Under the pieces are notes generated by a model. It saw only the letters and a program-made list of their open reading frames with translations, did not search any database and had not been told where the DNA came from. Positions 10,059 through 18,666 of a stretch of 64,000 nt of DNA are shown in pieces; positions within the stretch are counted from its first letter, which is position 1, and every line of letters starts with the position of its first letter. The translations under genes and the position numbers were made by a program. This stretch comes from Microgenomates group bacterium GW2011_GWC1_46_15 (GTDB taxonomy: Bacteria; Patescibacteriota; Microgenomatia; UBA1400; UBA12028), in assembly GCA_001002285.1 (NCBI GenBank), contig LCLX01000002.1, forward strand, positions 3,827 to 67,826, read 5' to 3'.

Positions 10059-10619
10059 TTACCCCCTCGACACGTACTCACCCGTGGTCGTGTCAATAAT
10101 AAGTGTATCGCCCTTTTTCACAAAGAGCGGAACGTATACTTCGACGCCTGTTTCGAGTGTCACCGGCTTTTTCGCTGCCGAGACCGTGTTGCCTGCAACC
10201 GAATCTTCGGCGTTCGCAACTTTCAACTTTACCTTCTGTGGGAAGCGCACGCCAATTGCTTTGTCATCCAAGAACACGACGTACATCGTGAGTTCAGGAA
10301 TTAAATAGCCCATTTTGTCTTCAAGCAGTTTGACCGGAACTGACACTTGGTCATATGTTCGTGGATCCATAAAAATAATGCTTGGGCCATCGGTGTAGAG
10401 GTACTGCATCTCGCGGGCCATCACGTCGAGCTCTTCAACGGGATCATTGGATTTATATGTAAACTCCTGCGTGTTGCCGGTTTTTAAACTTTTCAACTTG
10501 GCACGGCAAATCGCCGAACCTTTTCCGGGTGCGTAAAACTCGGCCTTTGTGACCTCAAATGGCTCATTCTTAAACAGAATGAACATGCCTTTTTGGAGAT
10601 TGCCCGCTTTCATTGCCAT
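10059..10619 (-). CDS. efp: Elongation factor P
   Basis: PGKG loop, KPVTLETG, VPLFV...GEYVSR. Confidence 0.96.
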   Translation of the reverse strand: MAMKAGNLQKGMFILFKNEPFEVTKAEFYAPGKGSAICRAKLKSLKTGNTQEFTYKSNDPVEELDVMAREMQYLYTDGPSIIFMDPRTYDQVSVPVKLLEDKMGYLIPELTMYVVFLDDKAIGVRFPQKVKLKVANAEDSVAGNTVSAAKKPVTLETGVEVYVPLFVKKGDTLIIDTTTGEYVSRG

Positions 10620-10635
10620 ACCGGCGCATTATACC

Positions 10636-11709
10636 TCAGGCGGTCTTGGGTGGAAAGAGGTCGTCTATGGGGAAAAAAAGTACGTCCTGAATGTTTGGCA
10701 CATCAGCAAACAACGCGGCGATGCGGTCAACACCCATTGCACTGCCACCGGTTGGCGGAAAGCCGGACTTGAGCGCGGTTAAAAAATCTTCGTCCAAACC
10801 GTACGTCGTTTTTCCAAGTGTGCGGCGTTCTTCCAAGTCGTGCTCGCACCGTTCACGCTGTTCTTTTGCGTCGGCTAACTCAGAAAACGCGTTGCCTAAC
10901 TCAAAACCCGCCAAAAAGAACTCAAACCGTTCGGCAAATCGCGGATCAGATTTCTTTTTTTGCGCAAGCGCGGCTTGTGAAGTGGGGTAGTCGTACAAAA
11001 ATGTTGGTTTTTTTTGACCTAAGTGCGGTTCAACTTCATTGAACATGATTTGATTGAACGCTTCCTCCCACGTTGTTTTTTTATTGGTGTGATAGCCTTT
11101 TTTTGTGAGCGCGGAAACAAGCCTTGTTTTGGACAATAATGTGTCGGTATCTATGCCCGCATATGTTTGAAACGCTTCGGCAACGGAAATTCGCTCCCAC
11201 GGTGAAGAAAGGTCATATATTTTTCCCTGATACTTCAGCGTCAAATCTTTTGACTGCGGAAACACTGCGTGGTGAATTGCTTGAAAAAGCTTTTTCGTGT
11301 CGTCCATCACGGTGAGATAGTCGCCTGGCGTGTGATACCACTCCAAAATCGTGAACTCAGGATTGTGTTTACTGCTTCGTCCCTCGCCATTGCGGAAACT
11401 TTTGCAGATTTCAAAACAGCTGCCAAGTCCTGCCGCTAGTAGTTTTTTGAGTGCAAACTCGGGGCTTGTCGGCAAAAACGCGCGGGAGCTTGAGCCATCT
11501 GCAAACTTCAACTGTGTCTCAAACACTTCTAAAAATGGCTCGGTACTCGGTTGGGGCAATAACTTTGGTGTTTCAACTTCGTGAAAACCTTGCGACGTAA
11601 AGTGCGCGCGGATTGCGCTTATCACTTGCTCGCGGATGAAAAATGGATGGAAACGCTCAGGATGCTGTTGAAGCCGCTGCCAGATTTTCATACTTTTTTG
11701 CTTTTCCAC
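10636..11709 (-). CDS. epmA: EF-P lysyl-transferase EpmA (GenX/PoxA)
   Basis: LysRS catalytic domain without an anticodon domain (TSPEFALKKLLAAG, HNPEFTILEWY, AERFEFF); adjacent to efp. Confidence 0.92.
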   Translation of the reverse strand: MEKQKSMKIWQRLQQHPERFHPFFIREQVISAIRAHFTSQGFHEVETPKLLPQPSTEPFLEVFETQLKFADGSSSRAFLPTSPEFALKKLLAAGLGSCFEICKSFRNGEGRSSKHNPEFTILEWYHTPGDYLTVMDDTKKLFQAIHHAVFPQSKDLTLKYQGKIYDLSSPWERISVAEAFQTYAGIDTDTLLSKTRLVSALTKKGYHTNKKTTWEEAFNQIMFNEVEPHLGQKKPTFLYDYPTSQAALAQKKKSDPRFAERFEFFLAGFELGNAFSELADAKEQRERCEHDLEERRTLGKTTYGLDEDFLTALKSGFPPTGGSAMGVDRIAALFADVPNIQDVLFFPIDDLFPPKTA

Positions 11710-12025
11710 GCCGCTTCACCCTTTCACGCTTCGCCCTTTTCTTATCTGCGTTGTACGCTCTTCTCACTTCCTTTGCCAAAGGCGGTAAATCTTCGACCGT
11801 AAACACCTGCAGAAATGGGTACGCAGGAAATGCTCTAACAAGCAACTCAAGCGTTTCGGTGCCATATTGCTCCTGAATAAGTTGAAATGCTGCGCGTCCC
11901 AACGCATTTAATACTTCATCATAATTACGTGCATCCCGGATAATTTTCTCAGGATGGTCTGCGACGTTATATGCCATCCCTAACCGTGGCGCAAGCTGGG
12001 CTATTTGTTCCGGTGTTAACGGCAT
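11657..12025 (-). CDS. Hypothetical protein
   Basis: 122 aa ORF with SD AGGAG; overlaps the epmA start. Confidence 0.55.
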   Translation of the reverse strand: MPLTPEQIAQLAPRLGMAYNVADHPEKIIRDARNYDEVLNALGRAAFQLIQEQYGTETLELLVRAFPAYPFLQVFTVEDLPPLAKEVRRAYNADKKRAKRERVKRRGKAKKYENLAAASTAS

Positions 12026-12099
12026 ATCACTCCTTTTTGAGCAGGCGACGTATATTTCCGGTATTGTAGCACAAAACCTTTATAGCCTGAGCTATTCTG

Positions 12100-12172
12100 T
12101 GCCAAGCTGAGGAGTCGAACCTCAATTTCATGTTTTTCAGACATGCGCCGTGACCACCTTGGCTAGCTTGGC
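12100..12172 (-). tRNA. tRNA-Phe(GAA)
   Basis: Cloverleaf; CATGT-ctGAAaa-ACATG. Confidence 0.92.
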
Positions 12173-12236
12173 ATACACCGGTTACACGATAGGGGAATTA
12201 TACACAATTTTTCTTCATGACGAAGCGGGTGTTTTT

Positions 12237-12725
12237 TCAGGATAGGGGATATATAAGCATAATAGATTTCACTTCATATTTTCCACCATATTGAGGATGT
12301 AAGAGCACTTTTCCCTTCCATCCAGAGCTATGTTCTTTCATCGCCTCTATTGCGCGCATTATTGAATCAAGGGATGATGGTGTTTCTTTATAATAACGAT
12401 GTGATTGAAGGTATGGAAATATGAGCGCTTTAAACTGTTCAAGTAAATCTGAAACAGACATTTCCACTTCTAATTCTTGTTTTTCTGGTTCTACGCCATC
12501 GCTAGTTTTTGGTCGAGATACATCGGGAAGTTCAAGAGTGATTGCGCGTGGAAAATCGTCGAATCCTCTCCCATTATGTCCAAGATCATAAATAAATCCC
12601 TCAATAATCATTCCGCTTTGTCCCAAGTCAACTCCATTGCTATTGAGTCCATCACAAACACTTCGAAAGAATCCTGCGAGATTTAATTTTGACGCATGCC
12701 AACTGACTTCAACACTCTCTCTCAT
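12237..12725 (-). CDS. Hypothetical protein
   Basis: 162 aa AT-rich ORF starting just after tRNA-Val. Confidence 0.6.
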   Translation of the reverse strand: MRESVEVSWHASKLNLAGFFRSVCDGLNSNGVDLGQSGMIIEGFIYDLGHNGRGFDDFPRAITLELPDVSRPKTSDGVEPEKQELEVEMSVSDLLEQFKALIFPYLQSHRYYKETPSSLDSIMRAIEAMKEHSSGWKGKVLLHPQYGGKYEVKSIMLIYPLS

Positions 12726-12740
12726 ACTTTTTTTCCTTTG

Positions 12741-12814
12741 TGGCCGCTGAGGGAGTCGAACCCCCGACCTGCCGGATGTAAACCGGACGCTCTAACCAAC
12801 TGAGCTAAGCGGCC
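12741..12814 (-). tRNA. tRNA-Val(TAC)
   Basis: Cloverleaf; CCGG-ttTACat-CCGG. Confidence 0.93.
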
Positions 12815-12819
12815 AACGG

Positions 12820-13038
12820 TTACCCTATTTCTCCATAAACTTCAGGCATATCATGTTCCAATTTCGTGGGAATCAAGGATTCTATAACAATTCGGTTAGG
12901 ACCCTCCATTTTAAACCCAACTTTTTCCCCAGCGCGAAGATCAAAAGTATAAACATCCGTTCCATCCACAGGAAATCGAATAGTATTTCTCACTACAACA
13001 AAACATTTACTCCCGTAAAACCTGATAATTCCTTGCAT
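12820..13038 (-). CDS. Hypothetical protein (MQGIIRF...)
   Basis: SD AAGGAG; lies between two tRNA genes. Confidence 0.55.
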   Translation of the reverse strand: MQGIIRFYGSKCFVVVRNTIRFPVDGTDVYTFDLRAGEKVGFKMEGPNRIVIESLIPTKLEHDMPEVYGEIG

Positions 13039-13057
13039 ACATACTCCTTTCTCTAAG

Positions 13058-13139
13058 TGCCCGGGAGAGGACTTGAACCTCCAAGGATTGCTCCACACGC
13101 CCCTCGAACGTGCGCGTATACCAGTTCCGCCACCCGGGC
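13058..13139 (-). tRNA. tRNA-Leu(GAG), C at position 33
   Basis: Class II cloverleaf; CACGT-tcGAGgg-GCGTG. Confidence 0.9.
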
Positions 13140-13203
13140 AAGTGGGGAAATTATAATGGAAAAGGAGGAAAATTACTACTCGAGTCTTTTTTGTTGTGCT
13201 CGA

Positions 13204-13617
13204 TCAATCCAAGTCTACTGCATCGGACTGGGAAGGTAACACAAGTCCTCGCGTAGGTTGTCTTGACTGCTCAATGATCCACGTTGGATCACCTACTGAA
13301 TCTGGCACTCCCGCCTTTTGGTTACCTCTCCGATATGCCTCTATGACTTGCTCTGACGCGAGCAGGCCAATGACTTCACCGATGTTTCCAACATAGCCTG
13401 TTCCTCCGGCACCAGCGGGGATACGCCACTGGCCATCAGGATCTTTCACGATAAGATACGAAAAAAAAGTTTTACCTGTTCCCACACCGAGAATGACATG
13501 TATGCGGTCTTTTAATACGCGCGTCCCCATGCGCGGATAAAAAAGCATGCCAAAACTGATGAGCATTTCTCGTTCGGGATGTTCGCTTTGAGGTGCTGGA
13601 GAAATTTCATGCGGCAT
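13204..13617 (-). CDS. Hypothetical protein
   Basis: 137 aa ORF; no motif recognised. Confidence 0.5.
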   Translation of the reverse strand: MPHEISPAPQSEHPEREMLISFGMLFYPRMGTRVLKDRIHVILGVGTGKTFFSYLIVKDPDGQWRIPAGAGGTGYVGNIGEVIGLLASEQVIEAYRRGNQKAGVPDSVGDPTWIIEQSRQPTRGLVLPSQSDAVDLD

Positions 13618-13764
13618 AGGAATTCACTTAGATTTAGACGTGATTATAAAGGCAACACCTCAAAATTGCTACGCAGAATACACAACACCCCCATCAAAAA
13701 ACTCTCTCTTGACTCAAGATACTCCGCTGGATACGATGCTAAAAACATTGATGGAAGGGGAGAT

Positions 13765-14157
13765 ATGGCAAGAGCCGACATATTTAGGCTTGGAAGATCA
13801 GCAGATAACGGCGATCTTCATGAAGAGCAACTTAATAATGGGTTTAAGGCTGATCTTGAACAAATATTCAAAAAGTTCAATGAGACAACACTCCTTGTTA
13901 CAGAACACTCTACTCCTCCCCCGAATACGGAAGTGCGTAAAACTCTCTATGTGTGCAGTGAATTATCATGTCCATGGCATATGCAAATAAATGGCGCACC
14001 ATATTACGAAGTGTTGCGAGCATTTGCCGAACACAACAGGAAAAAACATCAGAGTAGTTCAGAAGTTCATCTTCGATACGGACACGACATTATTGGGCTT
14101 GTTTCACAAACTCCTCCCGAACAAAAAACAAGAAGGAGATGGAAACGTTTTCAATAG
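13765..14157 (+). CDS. Hypothetical protein with a possible C2H2 zinc site
   Basis: SD GGAG; CSELSC...HNRKKH. Confidence 0.55.
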   Translation: MARADIFRLGRSADNGDLHEEQLNNGFKADLEQIFKKFNETTLLVTEHSTPPPNTEVRKTLYVCSELSCPWHMQINGAPYYEVLRAFAEHNRKKHQSSSEVHLRYGHDIIGLVSQTPPEQKTRRRWKRFQ

Positions 14158-14167
14158 TTTGTTTTTG

Positions 14168-14251
14168 TGCCCGGAAGAGGACTTGAACCTCCAAGGGATT
14201 GCTCCCATACGCTCCTGAAGCGTACGCGTCTGCCAATTCCGCCATCCGGGC
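14168..14251 (-). tRNA. tRNA-Leu(CAG)
   Basis: Class II cloverleaf; TACGC-ttCAGga-GCGTA. Confidence 0.94.
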
Positions 14252-14334
14252 GTGATACCACTTCACACCAGATTATATCGAAGGAAATGAGGAATAGCAA
14301 AATGCCGCCAGGCTACACTGTTCAAGCCATGTCG

Positions 14335-15039
14335 TTATCGTTTGCCAAATTTTTTCTCAAACGCACGGAGCACCACATCGGCTGCTTCTTTTGGCATATA
14401 AAACGTCGTGTTTAAAATAAGATCATAGTACTCAGATTTACGAATATCTTTACCAAAATACTGCTTCACAAAATCGCGGCGATCAGACTCAATCTTCTGC
14501 ACAATCTCGCGCGCTTTTATCAATGAAAGTCCTTCAAAATCAACCGTGCGCTGAACGCGGACAGCATAGGGCGCGGTAATGCGCACATGGAGACCTTGTG
14601 CGGATGGCGTCATAAAGTTGGCACCACGGCCCAAAATCACAACATTTCCTTTATACGCCAACGAGAGAATCACTTTGCAGAGTTGCGTAACATATGTTAT
14701 GTCGGAGACATAGTTTGGATTAATCAAACCTTGGATTAAGTCCTGCAAACCTGTTCTGCTTTTTTCATCTATTTGATCCAATACAGTGTTGCGGAGTTTC
14801 GTTGAACGCGAAATTTCTTCGATAAGTTCATGATCATAGAATGCAAATCCTAGGCGCTTTGCCACTTCCTGACCTATAGGTTTACCGCCGCTTCCGGGGT
14901 CACGGGCAATAGTAATAAAAGGGTGGAAAAAGCGTTGATCGGTAAACTGCGGGTCAGTGCTATCTTGTGCCGCATTTTTTTCACGCAACCGAAGTGAGGT
15001 CATCACCCTGGAAATGAGTTCCTCATAGGAAAATGACAT
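14335..15039 (-). CDS. Cytidylate kinase-like family protein
   Basis: ITIARDPGSGG, VILGRGANF, YYDLILNT. Confidence 0.85.
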   Translation of the reverse strand: MSFSYEELISRVMTSLRLREKNAAQDSTDPQFTDQRFFHPFITIARDPGSGGKPIGQEVAKRLGFAFYDHELIEEISRSTKLRNTVLDQIDEKSRTGLQDLIQGLINPNYVSDITYVTQLCKVILSLAYKGNVVILGRGANFMTPSAQGLHVRITAPYAVRVQRTVDFEGLSLIKAREIVQKIESDRRDFVKQYFGKDIRKSEYYDLILNTTFYMPKEAADVVLRAFEKKFGKR

Positions 15040-15092
15040 AGCAAAAGTATACGCAGATTCTGGTAGAATACAAGATAAGCTACACGAGATAT

Positions 15093-15164
15093 GCCTCCGT
15101 AGGCTAATGGATAGACCGTCGGTCTTCGGAACCGAACGTAGTGGTTCGATTCCACTCGGAGGCA
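15093..15164 (+). tRNA. tRNA-Arg(TCG)
   Basis: Cloverleaf; TCGGT-ctTCGga-ACCGA; A20 present. Confidence 0.9.
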
Positions 15165-15182
15165 CAAAAAAAGGAGAAAAAT

Positions 15183-15461
15183 ATGTCAGAGCGCACACCA
15201 GAACAAATAAAGGAAAGAACTATTGAAGAGTTCAAATCAAGTCTACAAATAGCAAAGCGAGATCCGGTGGGGGAGTTTCGAGATGAAATAACAAAAGGTG
15301 AAGATGGGTGGATGGAAATCAACATACATCGCCACGCCTATCTTTCACATTCCGCAAGCGCGTGCATTGTATTTAGAATCCAGGGTATAACACAAGAACC
15401 TCATCCCATCCATCAAGACTGGGTCATTATCCGTTGGGATCCAAAAGTGTTTGGCGAATGA
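15183..15461 (+). CDS. Hypothetical protein
   Basis: SD AAGGAG immediately after tRNA-Arg. Confidence 0.55.
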   Translation: MSERTPEQIKERTIEEFKSSLQIAKRDPVGEFRDEITKGEDGWMEINIHRHAYLSHSASACIVFRIQGITQEPHPIHQDWVIIRWDPKVFGE

Positions 15462-15895
15462 GCATCTCTTTTGTAGTACTTGCGTATTGTCCACCCCGCA
15501 ATACAAAGATTGATCCCCGTGCTCCCAATGAGTAATACCGGCTGATACCGGAAAAGCAGAAGCGAAGCACTGCTCAATCCAAGAAAAGGGACAATGTCTG
15601 TTACATGGTGAAGACAGCAGAGAATCATCGTTGTTCCGCTTGAAGCAAGCAGGGTTTGCGAGAAACCGTAGCGTTTTTTCATTGCCTCCTGGACCCACCG
15701 TGAAACACCGACCAGAATCAACACAGAAAGAAAAAAAGTCATAAAATACGGGCGAAGCTCAATAAAACGCTGTATGCCGACACTCCATCCTCTGGTGAAT
15801 ATCCGCATCGTTATCATATATAACGCAAAAAATCCCACCGAAGCAATACCTCCATCAAACACTGCCATGATATGCATCCCACTTCTACTCCACAT
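15413..15895 (-). CDS. Membrane protein with CCxHH motif (start approximate)
   Basis: About four hydrophobic segments; MILCCLHHVTD. Confidence 0.7.
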   Translation of the reverse strand: MWSRSGMHIMAVFDGGIASVGFFALYMITMRIFTRGWSVGIQRFIELRPYFMTFFLSVLILVGVSRWVQEAMKKRYGFSQTLLASSGTTMILCCLHHVTDIVPFLGLSSASLLLFRYQPVLLIGSTGINLCIAGWTIRKYYKRDAHSPNTFGSQRIMTQS

Positions 15896-16355
15896 TGATT
15901 TTCCTCTGATTAACCCCTCCGATATCCTGTCCAACAATAGTAAAGGGGGAGGAGACATATGGGAACGTTATAGTGCTGGTTCGATGGTGGTTGCCCCCAT
16001 CGTCTTCATGGGCATTCGACCGAAAAACAACGCCGTCTTTTTCAATCCAGATGTGTTCGCCAAAATCCACACCATCAAGATTGACAGAATGCGTGTTGAG
16101 CGCGGCGCGCACGACGGTTGATGTCTGCGAGTGCTGTTCAACCGTTGCCGATAGTATGACGTCTTTTTCACCCGCATCGGCATACTCTTTCGTTTGCTGT
16201 AACGGAGATTCCACCGTCGTTTGTTGCGACTCAATCAATGTTTCCGGAATATTTCCAACTGCAACAATCGTGTATGTCTCCAACAGATACCATCCGCCCA
16301 CAACTACGATAAACACAAGAACAATCAGTCGCCAGCTCGGGAAAATGTTCTGCAT
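15885..16355 (-). CDS. Membrane-anchored exported protein with His motifs
   Basis: N-terminal TM; LNTHSVNLD and GGNHHR. Confidence 0.7.
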   Translation of the reverse strand: MQNIFPSWRLIVLVFIVVVGGWYLLETYTIVAVGNIPETLIESQQTTVESPLQQTKEYADAGEKDVILSATVEQHSQTSTVVRAALNTHSVNLDGVDFGEHIWIEKDGVVFRSNAHEDDGGNHHRTSTITFPYVSSPFTIVGQDIGGVNQRKINVE

Positions 16356-16357
16356 CG

Positions 16358-17416
16358 TTACACTCCGCATCCGCCACCTCCCTGTTTGGGTTGTGGAAGT
16401 GATTGAATCTTTGAGCGCGTTTCCTGATATCCTTTAGCACTGGAGTACTGCGTGCCCAACGCCACTTGCGGATCAATATTCTGCCACTCTTTTCCTTGTT
16501 CTTTAAAGTACATCGCCAAATCTATATACGTCTGTGGGAACCAGTATGAGTTCACGACAAGCGCGATCTTATACATATCTTTTTCGCTCACGCCGTTTGC
16601 CGCCAATAACTGGAGGAGACCAAGCATCGCCATGCCGTGATTGCAATCGGGGAAGTGTGTTGAGTTTCCACAACATGGGCGGTAAATGTTGCTTGAAACG
16701 CGGTCCACAAGATCCTGTTGGTCTTTGGTTAACGGCACATACGCGTGTTTACTGTAGTGATCCATTGCCTTTCCATTACTCAGCGTCCATCCTCCTGTTG
16801 ATGCAAAGTTTCCCGCACCGCCGTACTGTTTGTCGGTCATCTCGCCGTTTTCGAGAATGGGATTTTTGTTTGCTAACCCAAACGCCCACAAAATATCAAG
16901 CATGTACCGGCTGTTCTGCTCATTCATCACAATCGGGCCGTTCACAGATCCGGATAGCATCGTTTCTTCGACATTCTGCAGTCCGCCCTCAAAAAGCGCG
17001 CGGAACTTTTGGTCGTCAATAACTCCGTCTTTCACCATCTTTTTCCCAATATCGCCCCAGAAAATGGGAAGCACAACACCCTCTGTCGGCAGGACAACTT
17101 TTTGAAGTGCGGAAGCGTCAATACTCGCGTTTGCCGTTTTTGATGCTGCGTCTGTTTTATTTGAGGTTTGCGCCGTAGAAATATTGCGAGTATTCACGCG
17201 TTTGATCAATGTAAACTTCGGTTCTATGCGTATGGTAAACGTTTGAAGAAGAATCAGCAAACCAAAAAGCATAAGCGCGATCCCGCGCCAAACTTTTGTT
17301 TCCTTTTGAAGGTTTTTCCCTACGACAACGTTCCATACTTTGTGTATCGTGGGTGACAACACAACTGTGGACCGTTTTGAGATACGCTGAACATCTTTAA
17401 TATCTTTCGTTTCCAT
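16358..17416 (-). CDS. Membrane-anchored exported protein with PCC...DCNHGM motif
   Basis: One TM; FASTGGWT, YRPCCGNSTHFPDCNHGMA; C-terminal GGGCGV. Confidence 0.8.
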   Translation of the reverse strand: METKDIKDVQRISKRSTVVLSPTIHKVWNVVVGKNLQKETKVWRGIALMLFGLLILLQTFTIRIEPKFTLIKRVNTRNISTAQTSNKTDAASKTANASIDASALQKVVLPTEGVVLPIFWGDIGKKMVKDGVIDDQKFRALFEGGLQNVEETMLSGSVNGPIVMNEQNSRYMLDILWAFGLANKNPILENGEMTDKQYGGAGNFASTGGWTLSNGKAMDHYSKHAYVPLTKDQQDLVDRVSSNIYRPCCGNSTHFPDCNHGMAMLGLLQLLAANGVSEKDMYKIALVVNSYWFPQTYIDLAMYFKEQGKEWQNIDPQVALGTQYSSAKGYQETRSKIQSLPQPKQGGGGCGV

Positions 17417-17437
17417 ATATTTCCTTTCGTTGGTGTT

Positions 17438-17470
17438 ACGATAGAACACCCAACATGAAGGCAGGATGAA
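17438..17470 (-). promoter_or_regulatory. Putative response-regulator box 1 plus -10
   Basis: Minus strand TTCAT-cctgcc-TTCAT, 11 nt, TATCGT. Confidence 0.65.
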
Positions 17471-17511
17471 AATACATCGGTTTCCATTTCATCCACCACT
17501 CTCTTTTTTGT

Positions 17512-17544
17512 TTCATCTCCGCTTCATCTTCATCGGAGTACCTT
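17512..17544 (+). promoter_or_regulatory. Putative response-regulator box 2 plus -10
   Basis: TTCAT-ctccgc-TTCAT, 11 nt, TACCTT. Confidence 0.65.
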
Positions 17545-17552
17545 ACATATAT

Positions 17553-17795
17553 ATGAACTGTTGCGCTCCGGGGAATCATCCCAAAGAAGATACTTCATCA
17601 AAAAGTACGTGGTCGCAGATTCCACCTCTTGTGAAATATGGCACGCTCGCTGTCGTCGTGCTCGTTGCGTTGCGTGTTTTCCGTATTCCACTCGCAACGG
17701 CGATTCCGTACGGCGTGTTTCTCCTGTGTCCGCTCATGCATGTATTTATGATGAAGGGCCATAGTGTTCATGATCAAGAAAAAAAGAAGGTATAA
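17553..17795 (+). CDS. DUF2933-like small membrane protein
   Basis: LLCPLMHVFMMKGH; N-terminal MNCC. Confidence 0.8.
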   Translation: MNCCAPGNHPKEDTSSKSTWSQIPPLVKYGTLAVVVLVALRVFRIPLATAIPYGVFLLCPLMHVFMMKGHSVHDQEKKKV

Positions 17796-18665
17796 ATGGA
17801 TTTACTTGTGAGCGCCTCATTCGTCGCGTCTTTTTTTGCCGGTGTTGCCTCACTTTTTGCGCCGTGCTGTATCACCGTACTGCTTCCGTCATACTTGGCT
17901 TCAATCTTTAAACAGAAAACGACAATTTTCTTTATGACGTTTGTATATTTTCTCGGCCTTCTCGCGGTGTTTTTACCCATCGGGTTCGGGGCAACATTTC
18001 TAAGCACACTTTTCAGTACATACCATAATGTGATTTTCCTTTTTGGTGGAATATTTCTTTTACTTCTTGGCGGGTCAATGGTGCTGGGAATCCATCTTCC
18101 CCTTCCGTCTCCTGTTCATCCAAGCTTAAAGAGAGCAAACGTAGGATCGGTGTTTGTGTTGGGCGTGTTTTCGGCCATCGCGACAACCTGCTGCGCGCCC
18201 GTACTCGCGGGTGTTGTGGCGCTTTCTATCCTTCCCGGCTCTGTGGTATTGGGAGTGATTTACACGCTGGCATACGTTTTGGGCATGGTTTTTCCGCTGT
18301 TTATTCTTGCCACATTTCTCGATCACACAAAGTTTACGCAAAAGGTGTTCATGTTTCGGAAAACGGTGAAGTACACGCTCTTCGGAAAAACGATCACGGC
18401 TTCATATAGTGAACTATTCTCCGGCGTGTTGTTTTTTGCGCTCGGCAGTATTGTTACATTCCTCGCCGTTACAAACCGTCTGTTTGCGCACGCGGCGTAT
18501 CAGATGGATATCAACATTGCGCTGACACGGTTTATACAGTTCATCGGCCGATATACGCGCGTGCTCCCCGAACCGGTGTGGGCAGGCGTATTCGTGGTCA
18601 TTACCATTGGCATTGTGGTATACGCGATACGGATATATCAGAAAGAAACGAAAAGAAAGGAGTGA
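17796..18665 (+). CDS. ccdA: CcdA/DsbD-family transmembrane thiol-electron transporter
   Basis: SLFAPCCITVLLPSY and TTCCAPVLAG in a multi-TM protein. Confidence 0.85.
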   Translation: MDLLVSASFVASFFAGVASLFAPCCITVLLPSYLASIFKQKTTIFFMTFVYFLGLLAVFLPIGFGATFLSTLFSTYHNVIFLFGGIFLLLLGGSMVLGIHLPLPSPVHPSLKRANVGSVFVLGVFSAIATTCCAPVLAGVVALSILPGSVVLGVIYTLAYVLGMVFPLFILATFLDHTKFTQKVFMFRKTVKYTLFGKTITASYSELFSGVLFFALGSIVTFLAVTNRLFAHAAYQMDINIALTRFIQFIGRYTRVLPEPVWAGVFVVITIGIVVYAIRIYQKETKRKE

Positions 18666-18666
18666 T

